Position numbers and translations under genes: made by a program. From assembly GCA_963832745.1 (NCBI GenBank), contig CAWHVC010000002.1:1-64000 (forward strand): a DNA stretch of 64,000 bases, in the 5' to 3' direction. Shown piece after piece: positions 49,653 through 60,221 of the stretch (positions are counted from its first letter, which is position 1; each line of letters starts with the position of its first letter). Source of the stretch: Candidatus Bathyarchaeota archaeon (GTDB lineage: Archaea; Thermoproteota; Bathyarchaeia; Bathyarchaeales; Bathycorpusculaceae). The notes under the pieces were generated by a model. The model worked only from the letters and a program-made list of their open reading frames with translations. It was not told where the DNA came from and did not search any database.

Positions 49653-49947
49653 TACGTGCATTTGTGGAATTTTCCGTAATGATGGAAATTGTGACTGAAA
49701 TCCGTATCTTTCCATAACTTTTCGCCTTTTCCCGATGTATTACACAAAACAATGTATTAAGGTTACTTATAACCATTTTAGACCCAGTTTCACCTGTTAT
49801 GGTGTAAACTTATAGCCGGTTAGCTGTCTGAAATGCGGCAATCATTTAAAAACTTGGTTTCTGCAACTCGACTATACTGAACTAAAACAGGGTAAAGTTT
49901 AGAAACCTTTTTCCATAAGCATCAAACTTACCAAACAGGATTGGCTA

Positions 49948-50547
49948 ATGATTCAAGTTTACACCCAAAACGTTAACGGTATATGGCTCACGGTAGCCTA
50001 CAGGGAACAGCAAGTTTTAGCTACCTCTTTTGCAGATACTGAACAAAAAGCCCTAAGAAACCTGCTAACCAGTTTGCCATTCAACACGCCCTTTCAAGTT
50101 TTCCTTTTACCGTCAACCAGCGCAAAAGACACGTTTGCTTTGATGGAAGGCATTCTTGAAGGAAAAGACGTCAAAATTAACCTTAACCTTGCAACGGATA
50201 AACTGCCTAGATACACTACAAGCGTGCTTAAGGCGGTTATGCAAATCCCAGTTGGTTACGTCGCAACTTATGGAGCAGTTGCTAAAGCTGTAGGCGGTGG
50301 TCCAAGAGCAGTCGGGAATGTTATGGCAGGCAACATTTTTGCCCCATGTGTTCCTTGTCACCGCGTGGTGAAGTCGGATCTTTCTTTAGGCGGATACGGG
50401 GGCGGCTTAAAAATTAAGTATCAATTGCTCGTTAAGGAAAAACGTGGTTACCTTGAAACTAAAGGTGTTGCGGTAGAAGGCGGTGGTGTGCTGCAGGTTT
50501 ATCCTGTCGAGTTTACCTTGAAAAACTGTTTACTGCAACCATTTTAG
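49948..50547 (+). CDS. ogt: Methylated-DNA--protein-cysteine methyltransferase
   Basis: IPVG.VATYG..A, PRAVG, VPCHRVV, LGGYGGG. Confidence 0.92.
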   Translation: MIQVYTQNVNGIWLTVAYREQQVLATSFADTEQKALRNLLTSLPFNTPFQVFLLPSTSAKDTFALMEGILEGKDVKINLNLATDKLPRYTTSVLKAVMQIPVGYVATYGAVAKAVGGGPRAVGNVMAGNIFAPCVPCHRVVKSDLSLGGYGGGLKIKYQLLVKEKRGYLETKGVAVEGGGVLQVYPVEFTLKNCLLQPF

Positions 50548-50631
50548 CTTTTGTAGGCTTGTTTTTAAGCAATAAGCACATAAAGTGGAACGTCTGAATA
50601 TTTAGTGTAACGTTTTTGAGGTTCAAGCTTT

Positions 50632-52398
50632 ATGGCTAAATATAGATGTACCATTTGCAATTGGGTTTATGATGAAGCTAAAGAAGGTAAAAAATTTTCT
50701 GATTTACCTAAAGAGTGGGTTTGTCCAATCTGCGGTGCCCCAAAAACCGCTTTTGTGCTGCTTGCAGAAAACCAAACTGTTGAAGAAAAACCAAAAGCCG
50801 TCCACACGGTTTCTGAAATACTGGTTAATCAACTTGCAGAATGGGGTCTACAATACGTTTTCGGTATTCCCGGCACGTCAACGTTGGGTGTTGTGGATGC
50901 GATTCGTAAAAGTAACGGTAAAATCAAATACCTGCAAGTCCGCCATGAACAAACCGCAGCTTTTATGGCATCAGCTTACGGCAAACTAACCAGTCATGTT
51001 GCCGCTGTGTTGAGCATTTCTGGTCCCGGCACAACTAATCTTGCAACGGGCTTGTATGACGCCAAACTTGATTATTCACCAGTAATAGCGTTAACTGGTA
51101 TGGTGACGCGAAAACAAATTGGTCCAGGGTCACTTCAAGAAATTGACCATTACGCTTTCTTTGAACCCATAAGCGTCTTTAACAAAATCCTCATGTCACC
51201 AGAACAAACCACAATGCTTGCAACCTTAGCTGTTAAGCACGCGCTTGTCGACCGAGGCGTAGCTCACATCGGAATCCCCAATGATGTCCAAAAACTGCCG
51301 TATGACACGGAAATTTTGCCTTTTGAAGGACGCATGCCCAACCTTGCTTATGGGCAGGAAGACTCAATAATTGAAAAAGCTGCCAAAGTTGTTGATTCAG
51401 CAAGTCGTCCAGTTATAATTGTTGGTTTAGGAGCAAGAGGTCAAGGAACCAAACTGTTGCGGCTTGCAGAGAAGATTTCAGCGCCGATTGTTTCCACTTT
51501 TAAAGGTAAAGGCATAGTTGACGATAGTGAACCGTTGTATGTTGGGTGTCACGGCGGAATCGGTTCAACAGCTGCTGGCACGCTTGTGGACAGAACGGAT
51601 TTGCTGATTGTTATTGGTGCCTCTTTTTCGGATCTAAGTATGATTCCTAAGAAACGGATGATTCAGATTGATATTAATCCGCTTATGCTTGCCCGTCGTT
51701 ACTCCGCCGAAGTTGGCCTTCTGGGAAACAGCGCCGTACTCATCCCTAAATTAGCCGCTAAGGCTTCCGAAAAACATGCTACAGCCTACCTGCAAGAGAT
51801 TACCCAACTTAAACAGAACTGGCTAAACCAAATAGAACGGGAAGCAGACGAAACTGCCAATCCCATACGGGCACCTTACATTATGAAAGTGTTAACTGAA
51901 AAGTTTGCTGATGATGCGGTGATTTCGCTTGATGTAGGTGAGAACTGCTGGTGGTTTGGCAGAAACTTCCAGATGAAACGTACACAAAAAATGGTTATGA
52001 GCGGCAACTTGGCGACGATGGGTTTCGGTTTGCCCGGCGCGTTAGCAGCGCATCTTGCTTATCCAGACAAGCAAATCGTCTGCATTACAGGTGATGGCGG
52101 CTTGACAATGGTGCTTGGCGACTTCTTAACCGCGTTAAAGTATGAGATGCCCATCAAAGTGTTTGTCATCAATAACAAGAGTTTAGGCATGATTATGCAA
52201 GAACAAAAAGTGGAAGGCTACCAAAGCTGGCAAACAGAGCTTCATGATTTCAGTTTTGCTGAATTTGCGCAAAACGCAGGCGGCTTAGGCATAAAAGTTC
52301 TTGAACCCAAAGAATTGCCCGACGCAGTTGACCGTGCACTTGCATCAAACAAAGCTACGATTGTTGATATCGACACTGACCCACGAAGGTTTCTTTAG
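50632..52398 (+). CDS. Rubredoxin fused to a ThDP-dependent pyruvate oxidase/dehydrogenase-like enzyme
   Basis: [19 protein letters not shown]; [26 protein letters not shown]. Confidence 0.9.
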   Translation: MAKYRCTICNWVYDEAKEGKKFSDLPKEWVCPICGAPKTAFVLLAENQTVEEKPKAVHTVSEILVNQLAEWGLQYVFGIPGTSTLGVVDAIRKSNGKIKYLQVRHEQTAAFMASAYGKLTSHVAAVLSISGPGTTNLATGLYDAKLDYSPVIALTGMVTRKQIGPGSLQEIDHYAFFEPISVFNKILMSPEQTTMLATLAVKHALVDRGVAHIGIPNDVQKLPYDTEILPFEGRMPNLAYGQEDSIIEKAAKVVDSASRPVIIVGLGARGQGTKLLRLAEKISAPIVSTFKGKGIVDDSEPLYVGCHGGIGSTAAGTLVDRTDLLIVIGASFSDLSMIPKKRMIQIDINPLMLARRYSAEVGLLGNSAVLIPKLAAKASEKHATAYLQEITQLKQNWLNQIEREADETANPIRAPYIMKVLTEKFADDAVISLDVGENCWWFGRNFQMKRTQKMVMSGNLATMGFGLPGALAAHLAYPDKQIVCITGDGGLTMVLGDFLTALKYEMPIKVFVINNKSLGMIMQEQKVEGYQSWQTELHDFSFAEFAQNAGGLGIKVLEPKELPDAVDRALASNKATIVDIDTDPRRFL

Positions 52399-52410
52399 GA
52401 GCTGGCTTGA

Positions 52411-52830
52411 ATGGAAAATCGCTCCTATGCTGCGCCATTTGTTCTCTCGCTGGTAGGCGGCGTAATCATTGTTGTCTTTAGCATTTTCTACTCGGTTTGG
52501 TTTGGCACTTCACTTCCGTACTGGGGTAACATCGGTAACTGGATGGGTGGAATGATGAGTAATTATCACAGCTTTATGGGTAGTTACGGCAGTTCCTATG
52601 GGTATCTGACAACAATCTCCATAGTAAGCCTAATCTCTGGTATACTGGTAATTATCGGTGCAGTCATGCTTCGCTTTCATCCGCAAGATAACCTTATTTG
52701 GGGAACTCTGATTGTCATTTTTGCTGCTCTGAGTTTTATCGGAATGGGCGGCTTCTTTATTGGCGCAATCTTGGGCATTATCGGGGGCGCCTTGGCTTTG
52801 AGTTACAAGCCAACAAAAACAAAAGCTTAA
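52411..52830 (+). CDS. Membrane protein (Gly/Met-rich loop, GGFFIG..LGIIGG C-terminus)
   Basis: About four TM segments. Confidence 0.75.
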   Translation: MENRSYAAPFVLSLVGGVIIVVFSIFYSVWFGTSLPYWGNIGNWMGGMMSNYHSFMGSYGSSYGYLTTISIVSLISGILVIIGAVMLRFHPQDNLIWGTLIVIFAALSFIGMGGFFIGAILGIIGGALALSYKPTKTKA

Positions 52831-52833
52831 CAT

Positions 52834-52968
52834 GTTTTCCATTCATTAGCACTATGTCTTAGTGTTTTTGGGTCTTTAGATATTTTCAGGGCGGTTTTCT
52901 ATCTGCTTCTATAGGTTTCTGCATACCCTTTCTAACAGGGTCCAAATAGGCTGCAAATAGGTTGGCAA
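52834..52968 (-). repeat. Dispersed intergenic repeat, copy 3 (inverted, more diverged)
   Basis: Reverse complement reads GCCAACCTATTTGCAGCCTATTTGGACCCTGTTAGAAAGGGTATGCAGAAACCTATAG..ACCCAAAAACACTAAGA..GTGCTAATG. Confidence 0.8.
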
Positions 52969-52974
52969 TAATTG

Positions 52975-54351
52975 TTAAGCTTTCAAAATCAACATTATCG
53001 CCAAATCATTAACATTGGTTCCAGTGCGACCCGTAAAAACAAGGTCTTCCAGCCTCAAAAAGAATCTGTACGAATCATTATCCTGCAAGAAACCTTCAGG
53101 GTTGAGTTCCAACAGTTTTGCTCTTTTCAGAGTGGTGTCGTCGATTATTGCTCCTGTCGCATCTGTTGGGCCATCCACTCCGTCGGTGCTCAAAGCAGCA
53201 AAAACAAAACCTTCCAGCCCCTTAAAATGCAATGCCAAAGCTAAAGCAAGCTCCTGGTTTCTTCCACCTAAGCCTTTACCTTTTACTGTAACAGTGGTTT
53301 CTCCCCCAGCAATGAGGCAAATGGGTTTTGAAGCGTCGGTTGCGGTTTTACGGATTTTTTTGGCAAGGGTTTCTGCGGTTTGTTGTGCTTCACCTTCAAG
53401 TGGGTCAGATAACAGATAAGTTTCCACTTTTTGCTTTTCAAAATAATTTTTTACGGCATTGCATGCCGATTGGTTGCTGCCAATAATTACGTTGTAAACT
53501 TTTTCAAAGGCTGGGTTGCCGGGTTTGGGGGTTTCAGCAATTTCACCTTTTAATCCTCTGGTAAGCGTTTCTTTTACCCCTTCGGGTGCTATGTCCCAAA
53601 TTCTGTATTTCCTTAAAATTTCTGCTGCGTCTTTGAAGGTTGTCTTATCAGGTGCTGTTGGTCCAGACGCGATTTCTCCCAGTCCATCACCTACTACATC
53701 AGAAATTATTAAGCTTAGAACCGTTGCTGGATACGCTTCCTTCGCTAAGTTGCCACCTTTAAAGGCTGAAAGATGCTTTCTAACAGTGTTAACTTCAGCA
53801 ATGGCTGCGCCGCTTTCAAGCAACATTTTTGTAAGTTCCTGTTTATCCTTAAGCGTTACACCCCTTCGTGGTAGCGGCATAAGGCTTGAACCACCCCCTG
53901 AAATTAAGCAAATCAAAAGGTCATCTTTACCTGCTTGATTGGCGATTTGAAGCATCTGTTTTGCGCCTAAAACTCCCGCTTCGTCGGGAACCGGATGACT
54001 CGCTTCATTGAGCACAATCTTTTCTGTTTTGAGCCTGTTGCCTTTGGGAACGTTTATTATTCCGTGGGTTATCCGCTTCCCTAAAGTTTGCTCTAAGGCT
54101 GCCGCCATTTTTCCGCTGGCTTTACCTCCGCCAACAACGTAAATGTGGCTGAATTTTTTTAAATCAAAAATTAAGCTGTCGACTTTAAGGGTTGAATTGT
54201 GCATTGCAAGTTTAGATTGGATGATTTTTTGGGGTTGAACAGCGTTTAGGGCTGCTTCATAACTATCAAGAATTAGCTTGCGTGCTTTTTTTAACGTTTC
54301 AGTTTGGCCTTTGTTAATCAAATGAACCTTATTTTCTACCTTTACAGTCAT
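52975..54351 (-). CDS. gck: Glycerate 2-kinase (MOFRL family)
   Basis: GGGKA, SHPVPD, LISGGGSSL, SDVVGD, IASGPT, GGETTV, GGRNQE, TDGVDG, TGTNVND. Confidence 0.93.
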   Translation of the reverse strand: MTVKVENKVHLINKGQTETLKKARKLILDSYEAALNAVQPQKIIQSKLAMHNSTLKVDSLIFDLKKFSHIYVVGGGKASGKMAAALEQTLGKRITHGIINVPKGNRLKTEKIVLNEASHPVPDEAGVLGAKQMLQIANQAGKDDLLICLISGGGSSLMPLPRRGVTLKDKQELTKMLLESGAAIAEVNTVRKHLSAFKGGNLAKEAYPATVLSLIISDVVGDGLGEIASGPTAPDKTTFKDAAEILRKYRIWDIAPEGVKETLTRGLKGEIAETPKPGNPAFEKVYNVIIGSNQSACNAVKNYFEKQKVETYLLSDPLEGEAQQTAETLAKKIRKTATDASKPICLIAGGETTVTVKGKGLGGRNQELALALALHFKGLEGFVFAALSTDGVDGPTDATGAIIDDTTLKRAKLLELNPEGFLQDNDSYRFFLRLEDLVFTGRTGTNVNDLAIMLILKA

Positions 54352-54393
54352 AAATCCACTTTCAACTGTGCACTGGCATTTAGAGTTGTCATT

Positions 54394-55338
54394 TTAGCGT
54401 TTAATGTTTTTCATTTTCGCTTGCCTTTTCTTTCTAAAAGTCAATTCTATTAAAATAATTAATGAAACACCCACGGCTATTATCAACAAGATGTAAGGAG
54501 TTAACAATATGTTTACAAAAATCTCTAAAGCCCTCACAACAGGGTTATCTGTAAGTGATTGGGGCGCCGGTTCAGTTGCTGGAATGTACCCGTAAGCAAT
54601 ATTGCTTGGCAAAGAAAGCTCCTGTTTGATTGAAGGCACAGGCTGGTCTGGATTAATTATCCATTGAAAAGCGTTTGCAACCCCGTACATGTCCAAAGTG
54701 GAAATCTCGTATTGTGCACTGTAAATATCAAACAAGGGATACATCAAGTCACTACTTGAATTACTGTGTCCTATGCATAATGCGTGCCCAAACTCGTGAG
54801 CAGCTACGCTTTGAATATCTTTCTGCGTTAAAGTAATGTATTGTGACTGCGTGGCAAGGGTGATTAAACTTTTCTGGATTGTTCCGTTCTCATAGGGTAT
54901 AGTTGTTGTTGAACCGATTGCGTCTTGGCTGCCCGCATTGACAGACTCTGAAAAGTTGACGTAAATATCAAAATCTGGTTTTGTCTGGTTTGCTGTTTGA
55001 ACCTGCAAATTCAATGCCGAGAGATAATTAAAACCAGAATAATTAGCTGAAAAGTATGCGATTGCATAATTCCAGTCCTCTATGGCTCTTATGGTTGAAT
55101 TAACCAAGCCGGAAGACATGTCGCTCTGATTTTCTGAGATAATTAAGACTGTAAGCGTAGTTTTATTCCAAAGGTAACCGCCAACCTCAATAATTGCGGA
55201 GTCTTGCGGTTGGGCTTGAACCTGAAAAGCGGTTGATAGAACAATAAGCATAATCATCAGGTAACATAAAAAATTCATACTAAAAATAACGTGTTTTTTA
55301 ATTTTAAAGTTAATGGTGAGAAAAAGCTTTATCGGCAT
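54394..55338 (-). CDS. Membrane-anchored matrixin-like (metzincin) zinc metalloprotease; true start likely downstream
   Basis: HEFGHALCIGHS plus Met-turn DLMYP; signal peptide and C-terminal TM. Confidence 0.88.
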   Translation of the reverse strand: MPIKLFLTINFKIKKHVIFSMNFLCYLMIMLIVLSTAFQVQAQPQDSAIIEVGGYLWNKTTLTVLIISENQSDMSSGLVNSTIRAIEDWNYAIAYFSANYSGFNYLSALNLQVQTANQTKPDFDIYVNFSESVNAGSQDAIGSTTTIPYENGTIQKSLITLATQSQYITLTQKDIQSVAAHEFGHALCIGHSNSSSDLMYPLFDIYSAQYEISTLDMYGVANAFQWIINPDQPVPSIKQELSLPSNIAYGYIPATEPAPQSLTDNPVVRALEIFVNILLTPYILLIIAVGVSLIILIELTFRKKRQAKMKNIKR

Positions 55339-55381
55339 TCAAAACCAAAGTGTAAATTGTAATGTTTTAACGGTAAAAAAT

Positions 55382-56275
55382 ATGAAGATTGGTTACCCAT
55401 GTATTAACGTCACCGTTGGCTGCACTAGTGGGCACACTTTTAGGCTTAAATCCTTTAGTGAAGACCGCCTAAAAGAAACCGTCAAAGCCAACATTCAATG
55501 CCTAACTCGGACACTGAAGTATAACAAAGAACATAACCTGTTGTTTTTCAGAATCTGCTCAGGTCTTGTACCCTTTGCTTCTCACCCAGTGAACACATTC
55601 AATTGGCAGAATCATTTCAAAGATGAATTTGGAGCCATAGGTGAATATATCAAGCAAAACGGTTTTCGGATTTCAGTTCATCCTGACCAGTTCACAATAA
55701 TCAACTCTATAGATGAAGCAATTTTTGAAAGAAGCAAAAAAGAACTGCAATATCACGCCCAAATTTTAAACCTGTTGCGTTTAGATGAGACCGCAAAGAT
55801 CCAGATTCACGTCGGCGGTGCCTACGGAAACAAACCTCAAAGCATGCTAACCTTCATTGACCGGTATAGTCGGCTTGATGAAGAAATAAAACGGAGACTC
55901 GTAATCGAAAATGACGAGCGCCTCTTTGACGTTGACGACTGCCTTGAAATCTCCTCTAAAACCGGAATTCCAGTTCTTTTTGACGCGTTTCACCATAAAA
56001 TAAAACATCGCCCTGAGAAGGAAAACATTGATTTTGGGTTGATTAACAGGACATGGACGCAAAAGGATGGGTTGCCGATGGTGGATTACAGCTCACAAAA
56101 GCCCCAAGGCAAACCTGGCCAGCACACTCAGAGCATTGACACGTCAGATTTTGAAGCTTTTTTGAAAAGAACTTTTCCTTTTGATTTTGACGTGATGCTT
56201 GAAATTAAGGACAAGGAAGCAAGCGCGGAAAAAGCCTTGAAAATTGCTTTAAATGACCCAAGAACAAGGACTTAA
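55382..56275 (+). CDS. uvsE: UV DNA damage endonuclease
   Basis: MKIGYPC, FFRI.S..VPFASHP, HPDQF, IHVGG.YG.K, LVIENDE, FDAFHH, MLEIKDKE. Confidence 0.93.
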   Translation: MKIGYPCINVTVGCTSGHTFRLKSFSEDRLKETVKANIQCLTRTLKYNKEHNLLFFRICSGLVPFASHPVNTFNWQNHFKDEFGAIGEYIKQNGFRISVHPDQFTIINSIDEAIFERSKKELQYHAQILNLLRLDETAKIQIHVGGAYGNKPQSMLTFIDRYSRLDEEIKRRLVIENDERLFDVDDCLEISSKTGIPVLFDAFHHKIKHRPEKENIDFGLINRTWTQKDGLPMVDYSSQKPQGKPGQHTQSIDTSDFEAFLKRTFPFDFDVMLEIKDKEASAEKALKIALNDPRTRT

Positions 56276-56349
56276 CGTGGTTTTCCTTTTAGTTGGGCTG
56301 CAAAAGCTGCTTGGGTTTTTCTGTTCCTTGCTGTTTGGGTGACCATTGT

Positions 56350-58149
56350 TTACTCCGCCAAACAATTTGAAGTCACAAAGGTTTGAATAAGCTGACTATT
56401 GCTTGTAGGATATAAAAACGTAAAGCTTTCAAGTTTGCCAATTGGTAAAGTGATAGTAAATTTGGTTCCATTATTTTTTGAAGTTGTAAACGATATTTTT
56501 CCGTCATGTGCGTCGATGACACGTTTGCATATTGCCAAACTCATACCCATACCTTTAGCTTTAGTTGTTACTAAGGGCGAAAAAATGTTGGGCAAGACAT
56601 CTTCAGAAATGCCTGCACCTGAATCTGTAAAGGACACTTCAACTTGGTCCTCCTTTACAAGGTTTGCTATTACTATTCTGCCCTCTGCTGCAATTGAATC
56701 AAACGCGTTCTTGATAAGATTAGCAAAAACCATCTCCATCTTTTGAGCATCCACGTAAAGTTTAGGTTGTTCTGTAGTCAAATCTATCACTTTGATTTTA
56801 TCGGGCACTTTAAGCTTTGAAAGCGCGTTAACTGTTAAAGACTTAACTGTGCACCTCTCAAATTGTAACTGAAAATCCGCGGAGTACTCAACTAAACTGT
56901 TAATGATTCGGTCTGAATCAGAAATTGCGGTTTCAATCCAGTCGCAAACTTTTAACCGTTCAGCCTCAGACATGGCTCCGTTCTTTTTCTTGATTAGATA
57001 AACGCTGCTTTTTATGGCTGCCAATGGATTGCGTAGGTCATGCCCGATTTGTCCTGCAAGCTCACCTATAGACGCTAACCGTTCAGTTTTAAGAAGTCTT
57101 TCTTCCATCTCAATGCGGCTGGTAATGTCTTTCATAATGCAAGTAATGCCGATGGGTTTGCCTTTTTTGTTTGGAACAATAGAGCCTGAAAATAGAACCT
57201 GCTTGACTTCTCCTGTTTTCGTTTTAAGTTCAAGCTCATAATTGATCAAGACATTTTTAGTTTTCAGTTCCGCTAAAATATTGTTTAATGTTGCTTCTTG
57301 GTTTTGGGCAAAAAGTAGTGATAGCTTTTTTGAATTTATTTCTTCTTTTGTAAAACCTAAAAAGTCAATTAATCGGTCGTTTACTCTTAACATTTGTGCT
57401 TTTTCGTCTGTTAAAATAAACGGGTCTGGAATTGTAGTGATTATCTGCTCAAAAGCTAATTCTGTGTCAAGAGTAAATAGTTCATATTTGACGATTGCGT
57501 GGCCGACAAGGAGACTGAAAAACAGGGTGGCGCTTATTCCAAGATTAGGAAAATCCATGTTTAAGGATCTTGTTAGCATATTTGTAACTATGAAAGTGGC
57601 TATTGGAATTGCAAAGCCTACTGCTACATATTTTGCTTGTGAGCGTTCTGTTGTGTCAGTTGAAGCTTGGTAATATCTAAAGCAGAGAGCAAATGCAATA
57701 ATTGGAAGTACGGAAGCCCAAATTGTTGATAAATAATAAAGTGGGGTTCCTGACATAATGTCATTGTATCCCCAGTATTTTAGTTTGGGCGCAGTGTTTA
57801 TTTGATAAGTAAAAAAGTCAATTAACCAAAAAGTTATGGCCGGCAAATAGAGGACTAAATAATTTTGTTTATTTTTTATCCAATTGCTTTTAGTAAATAT
57901 TAAAGCAAAATTGAGCACAAGAACCACAAAGAAAGGCCATCCTGTTCCCATTTTGTGCCAAAAAAGCGCTGATGCCGCGTCCGGTGAATTCCACATCATA
58001 ACAGTGCTGAATTGGTAAACAAATGCTGCTATGCTTGTTAGGAAAAATAGTTTGTTGAGGAAGGCTTTTCTGTTGAATGAATAAACGATGATGCCTAACG
58101 CTAAGCATATGATGGTGGCTGAGAGTGAGAGCAGGGTAAACCAGTTCAT
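56350..58149 (-). CDS. Sensor histidine kinase (7TM N-terminus, PAS, HisKA, HATPase)
   Basis: About seven TM helices; PAS; GHDLRNPL; NLIKNA; DSGAGI; TTKAKGMGMSL. Confidence 0.93.
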   Translation of the reverse strand: MNWFTLLSLSATIICLALGIIVYSFNRKAFLNKLFFLTSIAAFVYQFSTVMMWNSPDAASALFWHKMGTGWPFFVVLVLNFALIFTKSNWIKNKQNYLVLYLPAITFWLIDFFTYQINTAPKLKYWGYNDIMSGTPLYYLSTIWASVLPIIAFALCFRYYQASTDTTERSQAKYVAVGFAIPIATFIVTNMLTRSLNMDFPNLGISATLFFSLLVGHAIVKYELFTLDTELAFEQIITTIPDPFILTDEKAQMLRVNDRLIDFLGFTKEEINSKKLSLLFAQNQEATLNNILAELKTKNVLINYELELKTKTGEVKQVLFSGSIVPNKKGKPIGITCIMKDITSRIEMEERLLKTERLASIGELAGQIGHDLRNPLAAIKSSVYLIKKKNGAMSEAERLKVCDWIETAISDSDRIINSLVEYSADFQLQFERCTVKSLTVNALSKLKVPDKIKVIDLTTEQPKLYVDAQKMEMVFANLIKNAFDSIAAEGRIVIANLVKEDQVEVSFTDSGAGISEDVLPNIFSPLVTTKAKGMGMSLAICKRVIDAHDGKISFTTSKNNGTKFTITLPIGKLESFTFLYPTSNSQLIQTFVTSNCLAE

Positions 58150-58329
58150 GGGTCTTAACAGTTATTGTTTTTGGCTGGTTCTTCTTATAACTGATATGAT
58201 GTTTGGCTACATATCTTTGAGTAAGAAGCGGCAGAATTATTATTTTAAATCAGCAACCCGAAAAAAATCTGGTTGGGTGTATTTAGAAGGATGAGATTTA
58301 CATCAAATATGCTTTATGCATTTTTTATT

Positions 58330-59034
58330 TTATTGTGCGGTTTGGTTTTCTTTTTTTCCTGCGATGCCTGCTAAGCGTGAAATCAAAATGGCGATAAACA
58401 GTGTTCCTATGATGGGCTCTAACATTACAAGTGATTGTGCCTGTAAAGTGTTCGGCGTCATAAGTCCATCTATCGTTGTTAACGCGTAATAACTGTAATA
58501 GATAAAATTAGAAAAATCGTACGTTGGCGGGGTTGATATGCTGGAAAAGGAGCCTGGCGTGTATAATTCAATCAAACGATAAATCGAAGCGAAAGTTAAC
58601 CCTATTAAAAGATAAGTTGCAACCCCACCCCATATGAAATCTGTTTCAATATTTTTCTTGCGCTGGGTTCTAATTATGTTGATAAAGATTAATGCTCCAA
58701 TAAGCGAGAAAGAAATTGTTGTAAAAAATCTGGCAAGCTCTTCACTGCGTAAGCTTCCTTGAATTGTAAAGAACCAAATAAAAACAAGGGTTACTAAAGC
58801 TATTATCAGGGCTATTGGGCCAGTTTTTTTCTCTTGTTTCACGGACAATCCTGCAATAACCAGCACTAATGAGACAATAAGGGAAAGAAACAATTCGCCA
58901 AAATAGCCTTGGCTGTAAGGGATAAAAAGCAAGTAAAATATGATGGAGACCACTAACAAGAAATATTTTGAATCATAAAACCATTTCTTGAATTTTTCAA
59001 TGATATTAGAAGAAACAGATGATATTGAAATCAC
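58330..59034 (-). CDS. Ion channel-like membrane protein with degenerate pore loop
   Basis: YLLIG..FA.IY, FIYYSYYALTT..TP..AQSL..LE..G.LF.AILISRL. Confidence 0.8.
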   Translation of the reverse strand: MISISSVSSNIIEKFKKWFYDSKYFLLVVSIIFYLLFIPYSQGYFGELFLSLIVSLVLVIAGLSVKQEKKTGPIALIIALVTLVFIWFFTIQGSLRSEELARFFTTISFSLIGALIFINIIRTQRKKNIETDFIWGGVATYLLIGLTFASIYRLIELYTPGSFSSISTPPTYDFSNFIYYSYYALTTIDGLMTPNTLQAQSLVMLEPIIGTLFIAILISRLAGIAGKKENQTAQ

Positions 59035-59148
59035 CTAAAACAAGAGCATAACTTTACAATAGATTTCTAATTAGTGACTACCATTTAAGGGTTAATGCTT
59101 GCTTTGATTATTGAATAGGGCTACATTGTAAGGCATTTGTGGGTTTAT

Positions 59149-60001
59149 CTAAAATTTTTTGGTGATTTCTTGGCAGCGTGTCCATAGTTTTTCTTGCATT
59201 TCGAGGTTATAGGCTGATTTGTTGCATTGAACTTCATTGAGTTTTTCATCATAGTAAAATCCAGGATGTTTTTCTTCGGTGGACAGAGCAGTGTAAACGG
59301 TGGCCATATCTTCTGGTGACATAGAAAACCGGCTTTTTATTTTATACATCCTCTTTGAGTATGGATGAAATATTGGCGTATCTGTTTATGTCAACTTTTA
59401 CGTTGGTAACCCTGACAGCATTCACCAACACAGAGGTATCCTTCAACTGGCTTCTAAGATGTAGCGAGTTCATAAGCAGCGCCAGCTTGGTTTGATAATA
59501 CGTTTTGGATGGACTATATTTTTCAGGTGAAACCAGTTTCTCAATATCCAACTGAATGTTAGGGTATAACGTTAGCCCTTTGGACGAAATGTTGATGATG
59601 CGCGCGTCAGTCTGCGTCTGCATCGCGGGCAAAAGCATGTTTGTGAGAAGAAAAGGTGCAATAGTGTTAGTTGCAAACTGCACTTCATAGCCCTCATCAG
59701 AAAAAACTGGTTTCTTTCGGCTCAGGTCAAAATCTGCAGCGTTATTAATCAAAACATCTAATGTTCCCCAATCGTGAATGACCTGCTGGGCAAGTGAGCG
59801 GACATCACGCATCAATGACAAATCCGCTTGATACAGTTTTATTTCTTTGTTTTGCGTTTCCCTTACAAGCTGCTCTTTGGCAGCAAGCCCTTTATCAAGG
59901 CTACGGCACACAAGAAGCATCCGATATCCTTTTTGGGCAATCTGCCTAGCTGCACATTTGCCAATACCGGAATTAGCCCCAGTAATCAAACACGTTTTCA
60001 T
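59149..60001 (-). pseudogene. Short-chain dehydrogenase (retinol-DH-like) with +1 frameshift near 59350-59357
   Basis: ITGANSGIG, NNA, YYQTK; junction ctc aaa gag gat gta taa vs atg tat aaa; the second ORF supplies the typical ..LW C-terminus. Confidence 0.82.
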
Positions 60002-60221
60002 ATTGTGTTCTTACTATAGCCAAGCAATTTAGTCTTTGCCAAAAGCAAGGGGGCAAAGGGCTGACAAAAAATTAGTTTGATTCAATTTGCCGTGAATGAT
60101 GCAGGGTGTGAGGATTTTTTATAATCTGTTTTTTTCCGAAAGAAACTTCCACGAAGAAGGGAACGTCAAGCAATAAACTTTAATCCAAGTCAAAACAATA
60201 AAGCCAAGTAAGTGACAATAA

